Source: Cyanophora paradoxa CCMP329
Lineage: Eukaryota; Plantae; Glaucophyta
DNA: 64,000 nt
NCBI GenBank assembly: GCA_004431415.1
Contig: QPMI01000138.1
Coordinates: forward strand, 62,001-126,000
Direction: 5' to 3'
Made by a program: the position numbers and the translations under genes. Positions within the stretch are counted from its first letter, which is position 1, and each line of letters begins with the position of its first letter. This document shows, piece after piece, positions 35,601 through 47,599 of the stretch. The notes beneath the pieces are model-generated. The model searched no databases, was not told the DNA's origin, and saw nothing but the letters and a program-made list of their open reading frames with translations.

Positions 35601-37006
35601 GGGCGGGGCGGGGCGGGGCGGGCGGCGGGCGGACGAAGAGTGGCAGGAGATGACCCCCCAGAGCTTGTCCCGCTGCAGCACCGCGATCGAGAGGCACGCC
35701 GTCGCCCCGCTGTACCCCAGGTGCGACACTGGGGGGGAGTGAGCCGGGATGCTGGAGCCTAGCGGCCCGGGATGCCAGAGCGCACGGAGGGCGGGCGGGG
35801 GCGAGCGGAGGTACGCCGACGACATGTCCAGCGTCTGCATCGTGCTCGGGCTGCAGGGGGAGGAAGCGAGTGAGGGGGGTGGGGGTACGGGAGCAACGGA
35901 GTTCGGAGGGGGGGTACGCACTTGACGGCGGGTACGATGGGGCTGGGGTCGGCGCCGGCGTCCATAACGAAGTGCACGGGCCGCTTCATGAAGAACGCCT
36001 GGAGCGCCTTCATGTCTGTGGGGGTACAGCACAAGTTAACGATAGGAGCAAGGGGTAGGGGTACGCGGGCGAGCGGGCGGACCCTTCTCGGGGAGCTGGA
36101 GGGGGGTAGACTGCGTCAGATGCACCTCCCGCCCGTCCGGCCCGAGCCGGTCGATGACCTCCTCGATGATCTGCGGAAGTAGGAGGAGGAAAGAGCGTCA
36201 GGGGGTACCCGGAAGCGCGGGGTGGTGAAACGGCGGCGGACCTTGGCGCTGGTGGTGCTGTACTCCTCGATGATGCCCTTCTCGAAGCCGGTGGTGCGCA
36301 TGAGGAGCTGCAGGAGCCCGCGGCAGAACTCCTTGAGGGACCGCGCTGCCTCCACCTCGCCTGGGGGCGCAGAGGGCTCGGGCAGGGCCGGGGCGGAGCA
36401 GTGGCGGGGCGGGGAGCGGCGGGGCGGCCGGCGGGACGGGCGCACGGGCGGCGTCGAGGAGGGCGGGGGTGAAGCCGGCCTTCTCGAAGGTCGGATACAC
36501 CTCCGGCTCGACCTCGAGCACCAGGCCGCCCTGCACGGTGTGGAGCGAGCCGACGAAGAAGCTCAGGTCCTCCGCCTTGATGCTCCCGTGGCCCGTCCGC
36601 GCCCCGCTGAGCGCTCCAGCGCGCACGTCGAACTTAAGCCTGCCCCGCGCGTAAGATGGCGCCGCCTGCGGTGCGCGCGGCGGGCGGCGGGCGGCACCGG
36701 AGCATGCGGCCCTCCTCGTCGATGTTCGAGCTCGCCGAGACGAGGCGCTGGATGGACGAGAAGTCCAGGATGTTCTTGATGCTCTGGCCCACCAGCTCGC
36801 TCGGGCCCCAGCCCAGCACGCCCAGCACCGAGTCCGAGCACTGGATGATGGTAAAGTCGACCTGCTGGAGGATCAGGGGACGGGCGCTTCGCCGGCGCGG
36901 AGGCTAGGCTCGCCTGGCTGCGAAGCACGAAGAGCACGCCATAGTTCTGGATGGAGGGGCGGCCCGCGGCCGCCTTGGCCACAGTCCCGGCGGCCGACTT
37001 GCTCAT
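31411..37006 (-). CDS. Phytochrome-related protein PAS-GAF-PHY-PAS-degenerate histidine-kinase-related domain, chromophore residues absent
   Basis: PAS: SIQNYGVLF, IIQCSDSVLGVLG, HTVQGGLVLEVEP. GAF: TTGFEK, NPSTMQTLDMSSAYLRS, KLWGVISCH, EPRFV. PHY: GATPRDEEVRELARFV, YSDAVADSAYP..LGDCAHG, LWFR, EPWSGAD. Second PAS. HATPase-like VWARVDPIQFR...LQDTVVGVP. Confidence 0.88.
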
Positions 37007-38076
37007 GGTCTAGCACACTGGCCGCGGCGGCAAGAGAGCAGCGATGGCTGTCAGCTAAAGACTGAAATCAGGCTACGGCGTCAGTTCCGCCCCCTCGGCT
37101 GCATCGACCGCCGGACCGGCCAGTGCTATTCTTGACGCCTGCCGGCAGGCGGCCGAAGGCAGCAGATGTGCTTCCTGATGCGACAGCAGCTGCTCAACGA
37201 TACGCGGATTGCCTGCTGCAGCTGGTCGCAGTGTTGTTGCCGAACCTTGAGGGGTACGTGCAATTCGCAAGCTTAGCGGAGCCGAAGTCCGCGGCGCCCG
37301 GCGCCTTTTTTATCCAGCTAGCGCCAGCGCGCCCCAGCTACAGTATACTAGTAGCTGCCACTAGCTGGGCTTGGGCTTGGGCGGCGTTAATTGCCCCGCG
37401 CTCGAGCTCCATGGCTAGCGCTGCGGATGCCTGATCATGATCATGAGCTTGAGAGGGATTCGAGAGCGTTGCCCCGCGGCCGCGGCGCCGGCCGGGGACC
37501 GGCGCCGCGGCGCACGCCGGGCGCCGGCCGCGCCGTGGCCGGCATGCGCAGCGCTAGCTGCAGTGCAGCGCTAGCTGGCGTCAACGTCGTGTGCTAATGA
37601 TCAGCTGGCTGCGCATGCCTCATGATCATGATCATGATCAGCTCGAAAGGGAGCGCGCGTTGCGCACACGTGCGGCGTCGACGTCGACGTCGTTTGCTTT
37701 AAAAAAATTTAAGCTTGTTGCCAAGTTGATTTATTCTGGTGGCCATGGGCGACGAGCCCATGGCCAGTATTGTATTGTATTCACGCCAGGCGCTAGCTGA
37801 AGTCGCACGCGAACTAGCGAGCACGACATGTGCACGTTGAAACAGAAACGAGCTTAGAACGAACCCGGTCGAAATAAACACGGATATCTACAGCTGCTGT
37901 ACAACTAGTACTGCCACGCATCACGTACACCGATCGTCCGCCACATGTACACGGATCGATATCGAGAGAGGAAGAAGAAGAGGAATTGTACAAGGGGGCG
38001 CGCGGCCGCCGCCCGGCCGGCGCCGCCGTGGAGATCGCGAGCAGGGCCGGGGCCAGGGGCCAGCCTCGGGGCCGGC

Positions 38077-41000
38077 CTAGAGCCTAGAGGGCGGCGGCCG
38101 GCTCCATCCCGGCCATGGCCCGGTCCGCCGCCTCTGCCCGCGAGAAGGCCGCCTGCGCCCCTTCTCCCGCGTCCGCCCGCCGCTCCTGCCGTCCGGGATC
38201 AGACTGGGGTTCACAGGAGCGGGTCCGAGGCGGGGCGCACCGCGTGGCGCCAGGCCTTGCGCGCCGCCCGCTCGCCCCGGTGCGCCTCCCGCTGCGCCCG
38301 CCGCGCCTCCCGCCGCTCCTGCCACCGATCCCGAGGCGTGAGCGGGCGGCGCCGGCGGGACCGCGCCGCGGCTAAGATGTGCGGCTCGGAGGCTCACCCG
38401 CGCGGTCATGCCGTCCTTCTCGCCGGCCGGGGCCGGGGCCGAGGAGGCGCCCTCGGCGGACGACGAGGCGGCGGCCGGGGCGGCCTCGGCGGCGCCGACG
38501 ACCACCCAGCCCTCGTCCTCCTCCTTGATCGCCCCCTCGCCCTCCTTGCCCTCCTCCTCGCTATCCTCCTCGCTATCCTCCTCCTCCTCCTCCTCCTCCT
38601 CGTCCTCGTCCTCGGGGGGCACGACGCGCTGCAGGAGCAGCTCCTCGATCTCCTCTTGCGTCTGCGGCGGCGGCGCGGGGTACGGTCAGCCGGGCCGGGC
38701 CGAGAAACGGGGCGGAGTCTGGCCAGGCCGGCGCGGGGCACCGGGCGCAGGGCCTCCGGGAGGCGCGCGTCGGTCGCCCAGTCGAACGTCGCGTCGGTCA
38801 CCTGGGCGGCCACCTTAGACTCTGCGAAGAAGAGAGAGGCCGGCGGGGGCGGACGATGGAGAAGAGGGCGTCGGGGGCGGGGCAGGGGAGGCCGGCGCGG
38901 GCGAAGAACTCGGAGGTGTGCGCGCAGTCGGCCCGCAGCAGCGCCGACGCCTCCGGGTGCTCCAGGTCCACACCCTAAGGGAAGGCTAAGACAAGGATAA
39001 GAGAAGCTGAGAGGGAGGCGGACCGTGGCGAGGTCGATGACCCAGACGAGGCCGCCCTCTCCGTAGAGCAGGTTGTACTCCGAGAAGTCCCCTGCGGGGT
39101 TACGGGGTTGGGCGCCGGGAGCGGGGGGAGATGCGGCCTAATTATAAAGGAGGGAAAGCGGCTTCGTCCCCGCCCCGGGCTTTGCCCCGCCCCATCCCGG
39201 CTCGGAGCGGGGCGGGGGGGCACCGTGGACGAGGTTGGCGGAGAAGTAGAGGCGGCGGAGGAGGTCCGCGCACTGCCGCCACGCCCGCCCCTGCCAGAGC
39301 GCCCTCGGCGCGGGCCGAGCCGAGGCGGGGCTTCAGCGCACGGCCTCGGCCTGGGAGGCGAACTCGACGTCCTTGAGCCGCGGCGCCGGCCTGCGGCGGC
39401 TCAGGGGGAGGGGAGGGGGGGGGGGGGGGGGGGGGGTAGCCGACCAGCCGGCCTTGCCGATGAAGGACATGAGGAGGACGTGCTGCCGGAGCGCCAGCGG
39501 CTCCGGGCACCGCACCCCCGCCCGGTACAGCCTGCGCCGCCGCCGCCGTCGGAGGGATGGGAGGGATGTGAGGGAGGGAAGGGGGTGGAGGGGTACCGGA
39601 TGAGGTTCCGCATCTCCTTCTCAGCCCACTTGATAACCTTGACCGACCGTTAGCATCGATGGGCGCAAGTCGAATGAATTTGATTACCATCTTGCGCTGG
39701 TTGTGCTTGTGGTACCCGTGCCGGAACCGGTAGTCGTCCGCGATGTACTGCGGCGAAAGGCCTCGGCGGGGTACACGAATCGCTCGGGTTCGGGGCGCCC
39801 GCACCTTGTCGCGGTCGCGCCACTCGAGGACGCGGGTCTTGAACACTGCGCGGGTGTCGGCCGCGGCGGGGCCGAAGAAGAAGAAATTTAAAGGGGCGCC
39901 GCGGGGGCCCGAACCCTTGACGGCGACCTCGCGCCCCTCGGGGTCCGTCGCGTGGAAGACGGCGGCCTCCTTCCCCGTCGCCACCGCGCCGTTCACCTGC
40001 CCGCCTTGTATTAGATCTGTGCTCTGTGTGTATGAAATCCCCGCGGACCTCGGAGAGGCGGCCGTCGTTGATGGCGGCGAGTAGCAGCAGGCGGGTCCCC
40101 TGGTCCATAACGCCCTCCGTCGTCGACCGGTCCTTCTCCGTCCGCCGCTGGTTCGCTTCCTGCGGGGGGGGCGTCAGCGTCGGGATGCAGCGCGTGCAGC
40201 TGGGCCTCTCGCGCGCCTGCTTGCGGAGGGTCTTCTTGATGGAGGCGTGGATCTCCTTCGTGAAGGCCGTGCTGTTGTCCGCCGACCGGTCGTCGCTCCG
40301 CACCGTTGGCTCGTACCGGTTCGAGTTCCGCCCCGCCACCCGCCAGTCTGGGCGCCGGCGGAGTTAGCCGCGCGGGGAGGTTCCGGAGGGGGGGCGAGGG
40401 CGCGGGGGGTACCGTAGATCAGGTTTCCGGGGTCGACGAGGTCCTTCTCGAGCTCCTCGTCCCCCACGTCCTCCTCCCCCGCCTCTACGGCCGCCCCGGA
40501 CCCCGCCGCGTCGGCCGCCCGGCGCCGGTTGCGCCGCCGCTGGCGCCGGCCCTCCCCCGGCGCGGCCGACGGCTTGGCCGCCGCCGGCGCCGCCGCCGGC
40601 TTGGGCGGGAGCCGCCAGCCAGCGTCCTCCTCCTCCTCCTCGTCTTCACCGCCGCCCTCCTTCGCGCGGGAGCGGGGGCTCGATGCCTCGCCCTCGCTCG
40701 CGCTGTCGAAGTCGAGAATCTCCTTGTACCTGCGGGGATAATCAGCGGGGGCGTCGGGGGATTCTCGGGGCGGGAGCGCGCTTCTGGTAGAGTCCCTCGA
40801 GGTCGCCGCGCTGGCCGGGCGCGTGCGCGGGCCCGTGGGAGCGCGCTGTGCGGGCTGCACGCATCTCCTCGCGCTGCAGCTCCTCCGCCATGCGCCGATC
40901 GGCGTCCTGTGCATTCAGCGCCGCCTGCGCCTCCGCCAACAGAGCGCTGGGCGCCGACGCCTGCGCATGCGGACGAGGAGAGGGATCAGGGACACGCGCA

Positions 41001-41186
41001 CGCCTCTCGGGCACGCATGCGGCGCACCGGCTCCGGGAGGCCGAGCATGTCGCGTATGGAAGTCCGCGCTACATCCAGGTCGCAATCCACGGCGACGAAC
41101 AAATCCTGCACGATCCCTGGGTCCACGTCCGGGAACTCGGCGAAGAGCGCCTCCAGCTTCCGTTCGTCGGTGCTCTTCATCGCCAT
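38077..41186 (-). CDS. RIO atypical kinase (RIO1/RIOK3-like) with N-terminal CUE-like domain and acidic tail
   Basis: DRSTTEGVMD, NGAVATGKEAAVFHA, AVK-VFKT, YRFRHGY, WAEKEMRNL, HVLLMSFIG, PAPRLKD, LVH-GDFSEYNLL, VIDLA, DLEHP. N-terminal LFAEFPDVDPGIVQDLF...DLDVA is CUE-like. Confidence 0.92.
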
Positions 41187-41440
41187 CGAAGCTCGCGCGC
41201 TCAAGCTTGATGCGGATAGCGTTCTTATGCCCTCGACAGCAGCAGCGCCGGCGCAGGGGCCAGCGAGCGCCTGGGCGAAAGTCAGCGCGGTCGCCAGCTT
41301 GCTAGGCGGGATCGGAAGCAGAATGAGACGCACGCACGCTGCGCGATTTGCCGGCGTTCACAGCCTTCAGATGCGCTCGCTCAGACGCCCTCGCCTCCTC
41401 TACCCCGCCCAGCGCATCCTGTACCCAACTCCGAAGCCCG
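41187..41440. promoter_or_regulatory. Probable bidirectional promoter between the RIO kinase and RPN12
   Basis: Only ~254 bp separate the two divergent start codons. No motif defined. Confidence 0.55.
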
Positions 41441-42756
41441 ATGGCGCTCCAGCAGGCCCTCCAGCTGTTCGAGCAGTTCAAAGCCGCATTCTACGCGGAG
41501 CCATGCGACTTTGGGAAGTGCTCGGGCCTCGTAGGGCAGCTGAAGGTCCGGCGTACCGCGTCGGACCATCCTCGCCCGCCTGATGCGCTGGGAGCAGATT
41601 GCGATGACGCAGCTTCAGTCGCTTCCGACGGCAGGCCAGAAGCAGTCTCCGACGCTGCAGCAGGAACTCCTCATTTGCCGTGAGCTCCCGACCCATTCTG
41701 GCCTGCCGCGCGGTCGCCGCGTACGCTGCATGCGCTTAGCCGCCGTACGCGTGCCCGGCACCCGCAGGAGAGATCCTGGAGCTCGCCAGCATGCTTGCCA
41801 TCCGGATGAAGGACATCCCGGCGTTTGAGCGGCACATTGCGCAGCTCAAGACCTACTACTTCGACTACGCGTGCGTCCTGCGCCGCGCATCGCCCTCCCG
41901 CCCACACTGGCCGGGCGCCTATTTGACCGCGGGCGGCCCGCCGCTGCGCAGGCACCTCCTCCCTCCCAGCCAGCGGCAGTTCCCCATCCTCGGCCTCAAC
42001 CTTCTACGGTTGCTCGCTCAGAACCGCATCGGCGAGTTCCACACAGAGCTCGAGCTGATCCCCGTAGGCACGCGCTGCTACGCTGCCGCGCCGCGTTGCC
42101 CTCCGCCGCTTACCGCAGCGCCCAGAGCATCACTCGAACGTTTACATTAGCCATCCCATCATGGTGGAGCAGTACCTGATGGAGGGTTCCTACAACAAGG
42201 CTCGCCCGCCGCTGCTCCGCCCGCCGCGCGGAGTCGCAGCTGACGGGTGCGCCAGGTGCTGAACGCAAGGCACGAGGCGCCCGCGGAAACCTACGCGTTC
42301 TTCATGGACATTCTCCTGCACACTGTCCGGTCCGCAGCGCCGACGCCCCGCGCCCCCGCCCGCGCCGCTGATGCCGCCGCAGGGACGAGATTGCGGACTG
42401 CTCTCAGCAGTCGTACGACAAGCTGCCGGCGTCCGCCGCGCGCACTATGCTCATGTTCAACAACGACGGCGAGTTCCGGGAATACTGCGCCAAGGTGCCC
42501 CGCTCTCTCTGCCACGCCGCCGCCCGCCCGCCCGCAGCCGCTCGCTCACTGCGCGGCGCAGCGCGAGTGGACCGTCAGCAACGATGGCTGGATCTGCTTC
42601 GCGCGGCCCGACGCCGACAAGCTCGAGGTCGGACTCCCTCTCGCCCCGTCCTTGGATCGGCCCGTCGCTCATGCACCGGCGCCCTCGCAGGTTCCCTCTA
42701 TGAAACTCATCACGCAGACGCTCGCTTACGCAAAGGAGCTCGAGCGCATCGTGTAG
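41441..42756 (+). CDS. RPN12: 26S proteasome lid subunit RPN12/PSMD8, about 9 exons
   Basis: REILELA, FERHIAQLKTYYFDY, ILGLNLLRLLAQNRIGEFHTELE, EQYLMEGSYNK, FFMDILLHTVR-DEIADC, C-terminal YAKELERIV. Confidence 0.97.
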
Positions 42757-43165
42757 CGCCCCACCCCTGTAAATACCCAGATCTCTCCTCTTGACAAATC
42801 TAGATCTCCCTTTCCGACGTTCCCTTCGCACGGCCCACGGGGGCTGACGCAATGCAACTTGGGCTAGCTAGTGCTACGCAATGCAATCTTGGGAAAGGGC
42901 TAGCCCCGGCTAGGACCGGCACGGGTACCGGTGAAGGAGCCGCGTAGGGGTACGCGTAGACGGCCGCCGCCGGCGCCGCGCCTGGCCATGGAGAGGTTAC
43001 AGCGACGCATGCGCACGAGGCGGGCGACGACGGGGGCGAGGTCATCGTGAGCGCCTCCATCAGCGTCGCGAGCCTGCGACCGATAGCGATCGAAACCCGC
43101 AGCCGACGCCGACTAAAAGCCGATGGGAGGCGCAGCACAGCACTAGCGCACAGCTAAGAGTCAGA

Positions 43166-45915
43166 ATGGCCTCGAGCTCGTCAACTTGCTGTCTCTGCCT
43201 TGCAATTGATCATGATCATGAGCACTTGGCGTTCAAATTCCCGTGCAGCCACGCGTTCTGCCGCAAGTGCGTTCTTGCGGTCGACACGTCGAGCAGTTGT
43301 CCCTTTTGCCGGCTGCCCGAGGCGCGCGATGTGGAGGGGGATGCCGTCATGCGCGATATGCGAGAATGTGTCGCACGTACGTGCCATATCGAGCCATTAT
43401 CGCGTCTACGTCTTATGAAATCGGCGCTTGCAGTTCTGGCCGCGGTCGGGGGCGGCCCGCGCGACCCGCGGCCGGCGCCGCGGCCGGAGCTGCAATGGGC
43501 CACGGAGATACCCTCCAAGGATGTCGTCCGCGGCAGTGGTGCGCAGACAGATGATCATGAGCGCGCATGCGCCGCGTGCACGTGACGCGGCCGGGGGAGC
43601 AGAGATCGGGCGTGGGGCACTGGCGACGGTGTTCTCGGGAGAATGGCCAAGATACACGCGCGGCCTTCGACGGCGGGTCGCGTTGAAGGTGATCGATGCA
43701 CCGGCCTTCGGGGCGGCAGGGGCGCTTGAGCGCGAGGCCGCCGCGCGACGGCTTCAGCGCGAGGCCGCGATCCTATGGTGCGGTGATTATATGCATTTGC
43801 ATAGCATGATTTCCTAACTATAGCTACTTCTCAGCAAATTGCAGCATCGGAACGTGGTGCAGTTCCACGGGATAGTGCGGGAGGCGGGCGGCGGGGCAAC
43901 GCTGGTGATGGAGAGGGCGGAGACGAGCTTGCAAGCGCTGCTTGCAGAGAGGCGGCTGAGCCTCGACGAGTGTCTTGACCTTGGTTCGCGATCGCCCCGT
44001 CACCCCTAGGCCTCTATCCCTCGGGACGGCCTTCGATGGTTCGGTTGTGCGGCAGGGGTACAGTTACTGGAAGCGCTCGAGTACCTCCACTCGAGTCACA
44101 TCCTTCATGGCGACGTGAAGCCGAGCAACATCCTCGTGCGTAGTGTCTCGGGCATCAGGGACTAGCTCACCGTTGAGCTTGAGGGCGGAACAGGTTTTTC
44201 CTGGAGGGTGTCCCAGGGGCGCGCGGTGCCTATTCAAGCTGGCGGACTTCGGCATCGCTCTCGCAGGAGCAGCGTCGACGGCATCGGCGGCGTCTGTGGC
44301 TTGGACAGTTGCTTACGCAGCGCCGGAGGTGCTACAGGGTGAGGTCCGGTGCGCGACTTTTGTTATATTAGCCTGTTAGGGGGCGACGAGCGGATATCGA
44401 TGCCGATAGGCCGGGGCTCGTTTACATGCGCAGGCCGGATTTTGCTGCAGACGTGTATGCAGCAGCGGTGGTGCTGAACGAGGCGCTGGCGGGGCGGGCG
44501 CCCTTCCCGGGTTTGCTGCCTTTACAGGTCTGTTGCTGATATAGGGCCGATACTAGTGCTGCTGGTTCTGTCCTTCTCAAGCTTATGATCATGTTTTCTT
44601 TTCGCAGGTGATGGAGCGAGTTTCAGGTGGCCAGCGGCCAGCGCTCGCGACAGAAGGTGCACCTCCTGCGCCTTGCAAATTGTGGTGGTTGGACATGTAC
44701 GCTCACGTGTGGCATGCAGGGGTTCCGGCAGCCCTGCAGGATCTGGTGACGCGGATGTGGGCGCATAATGCGAGGGACCGCCTTTCAGCGAAGGACGCTC
44801 GCCTTGCGCTAGCGGCAGTCGCCTCTTCGGCGATCTCACCTGAACAGGTGTGTCATTGATCATATGATATAGATAGTACATATTCGTGGCATCTTCTGCT
44901 GACACGCACGTTGTTTTCTCTCCCGTATGCTTCATTATCAGGTTTACCCGATACGGCTACTTAAATTCACGGGACAACTTTGCATCCGATTTCGGAACAG
45001 CAGCACTGTTCTTGAATTCTCCGCTGAAAAAATCGGAATCACTAGGCAGCAGGAACCACAGGTCGGTCGTGGACGCCTCGTCCCCAACAACTGGGAAGCG
45101 ATAAGCAACCTCTTCTTCTCGTTCGGATCACACGAGCTTTTCAACCTCAACTTCATTGGCGTGCCAGCATCTAACACCGACACTTTCCATTGGCGAACGC
45201 TGTGGCTTCTTTCAGAAGAGCAAGGCGTCGCCCGCTTTCGGGTGCGCGCATCGAACTCCAGCAGATGGATCGATGTCACCCGCCCCGACGCGATTGTCAG
45301 GCTGCAGTGCGTAGACTTGTTCGCGTGTTGTTTCGTTAACGTTTACTCTGTCACCTGACTATAATATTAGGGAAGGAGGCACGCTACTCGCAGAGGCCAC
45401 GTTTCGAAAGGAAGAGCCCGCTCTCCCCGGAACAATGCACATCAAATTGGTCGACTTGTTTGGTGCGTCGCCGCAGTTGAATATTTGCATCTTTCAATGA
45501 AATCAAAGCAGGGCACAATGTGGAAGTCAATGCGCATCCCGATATGCTTGTCTTTGAACTCATGGGCATCGTTCTGCAGACATGGCAAATACCGCTGGGT
45601 AAACTTCCAACGTTTTCAGTATTCGCGATCGTTCAATTTGCCCACGACCCCTTCTCACACAATATGCACCGGCTTCCAGCAAAGATGCGATTGATATTTG
45701 CGGGGCGACAGCTCAGTGCATCAGCTTCTCTTCGTAAATTCAACATCCAAGAGGGAAGCCGGGTGCATGTGGTTTTGAGACTACGAGCAAGTTGGTGCGC
45801 AGCAGTGACCTGGATCTCGGTATCTCTTGTACATGTGACTGAGTTCTTTTCATTGGACATCCGCTTTGCAGAGGACTACGGAGTACATCAACGCTCATCA
45901 TCGTTTCATGGTTAA
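43166..45915 (+). CDS. RING finger - TKL-like Ser/Thr kinase - unknown domain - ubiquitin-like domain protein
   Basis: C3HC4 RING (CCLC...CSHAFCRKC...CPFC). Kinase: IGRGALATVF, VALK, LQHRNVVQFHG, HGDVKPSNIL, KLADFG, YAAPE, ADVYA. UBL: MRLIFAGRQL...LRKFNIQEGSRVHVVLRLRAS. Confidence 0.85.
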
Positions 45916-46309
45916 TCAACGCTCATAATCGTGGGCATGGTTAATCTCAAATTTTGACGTTTAGTTTCTCTTGTAGCATCCCCTGTAATTTAATCACCCC
46001 CGTCTCTCCGCTCTCAACAAATCCCCTCCTCTCCCTTCCGCGCGGCGCCGGCCCTCGGGCAAAGCGAGCGTTGTCCCATGGCCACAATATCACCTGGGCC
46101 GGGGCTAGTACCGGTACATAAATGCCCTGGCGATTGCGGGGTTGGGGATCGAGACCGGAGCCTCCCGAAGCTCTGGCTGTTTACGTAGTACCCGTCGGTG
46201 CCGGCGCCTCGCGATCGGGGGCACGAGGCCAGCTATATATATTAATAATTTTTAATTAGGCGGGGGTGAGCAGCCTAAGAACAAGGGCCGCAAAGGCCGC
46301 CTCGGGGAC

Positions 46310-46746
46310 ATGGACCGCCGGCTTGAGGCGGTTCAGGCAGCGGTGCTAGCGCTCCACCGCATGCATGCGCAGCGCTAGCCTCCCCGCTCCGCCGCCCTCG
46401 GCCGCCCCGGCCCGGCGCCCGTCGCCGCCGCGGCGCCCACCGCAGCCGTCGCCCGGGCCACCGCGGCGGAGGGGAGCCCGGCCCCCGCAGCCGGCATAAA
46501 GCGGGCCCACGAGGAGGCCCCCGGCGCCTCGCGGGCCCAGCCCGCCCTCCCGGCCGACGTTCCCTGCCGCCCCCTCGCGCCCATCTCGCTCGTGGCCCCG
46601 CTCGGCGGTTTCTCCCCCGCTCCTGACCGCCGCCTCCCAGGGCGCGGCGACGCCAGGGATCGCCAGGGGTGGCAGACCCTCGGCGCCCAGCCCCAGTACG
46701 CCCCCTCCCATCCCGCCCGCCCCTCTCCGCCCCGGCCGTGGACGCT

Positions 46747-46791
<45 letters not shown>

Positions 46792-47230
46792 CCGCCGCGA
46801 CCGCCCTCGAGCTCCTGGGGGTGCTGAAGGACTACGGCATCCAGTGCGCGGGCCTCACGGGCCCGGGCCTCGCCGCCCTCCCCGACCTATCAGCCCCGAG
46901 GCCGCCGCCGCCCTCCGCGCCGCCGTCACCGCCCAGCGCGCTGCAGAGATCGGCGCGAACCCCGCCGAGTGCTCGGACGCCGCCCGCAAAATCCTTGCTG
47001 CAGACCTCACCCCAAGCCCCGCCGCGCAGCCTGCCCCGACGGCCCCGCTCTCGCCCCCCGGGCGCGGCCGCCGCGGCCGCCCTGGCGGCCGCTCCAACTC
47101 CGACCCCCCTCGGCGGGCGCTGCCGCCGACCTGCTCGGCCTCCTCCAGACCTAGGCCCTCGCCGCCTCCTTCTCCTCCTCCTCCTCCTCCTCCCCCCTCG
47201 TCCCCCCCCCCCCCCCCCCTCCTCCTCCTT
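46310..47230 (+). other. Possible hypothetical gene or relic with a (GCC)n tract
   Basis: Coding-like stretches (IKRAHEE, ELLGVLKDYGIQC, ECSDAARKILAADL) lie in inconsistent frames. No family recognised. Confidence 0.2.
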
Positions 47231-47599
47231 CTCCACGTGCACATCCCGACCCCCGCACGAGGTTTAGTACCCGTCGGCATGTGTTTCAAATTTAAACCAG
47301 CCCGGCGCCCCGACCCCGGGACCCGCTCTCGAACCACTTGCAATTGTAAAATTACAGCCAGCCTTGTGCACGGCACCCGCGTGGACGCGCCCCCGCACCC
47401 GCGCGCTCTCCAACGAGTAACGAGCCTCAATTGCATCAATTGCAAGCGGCCGATCGCTACGATCAGTCGAGGCGGAGGGCGGCGCGGGCGCGGATCGCCG
47501 CGTCGGGGGCCTCCGCCAGCACGCCGTCCAGCCCCGCCCCCACGTGCTCCTAAAGGCGGAGAGGTCAGAGTTTAATTATAGAGGAGAGCTGAATGCGAA

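Noticed and set aside
30090-37006. Functional light/ppGpp module from MESH1 next to the phytochrome-like gene
   Set aside because: Adjacency alone in a gene-dense eukaryotic region; no shared regulatory evidence.
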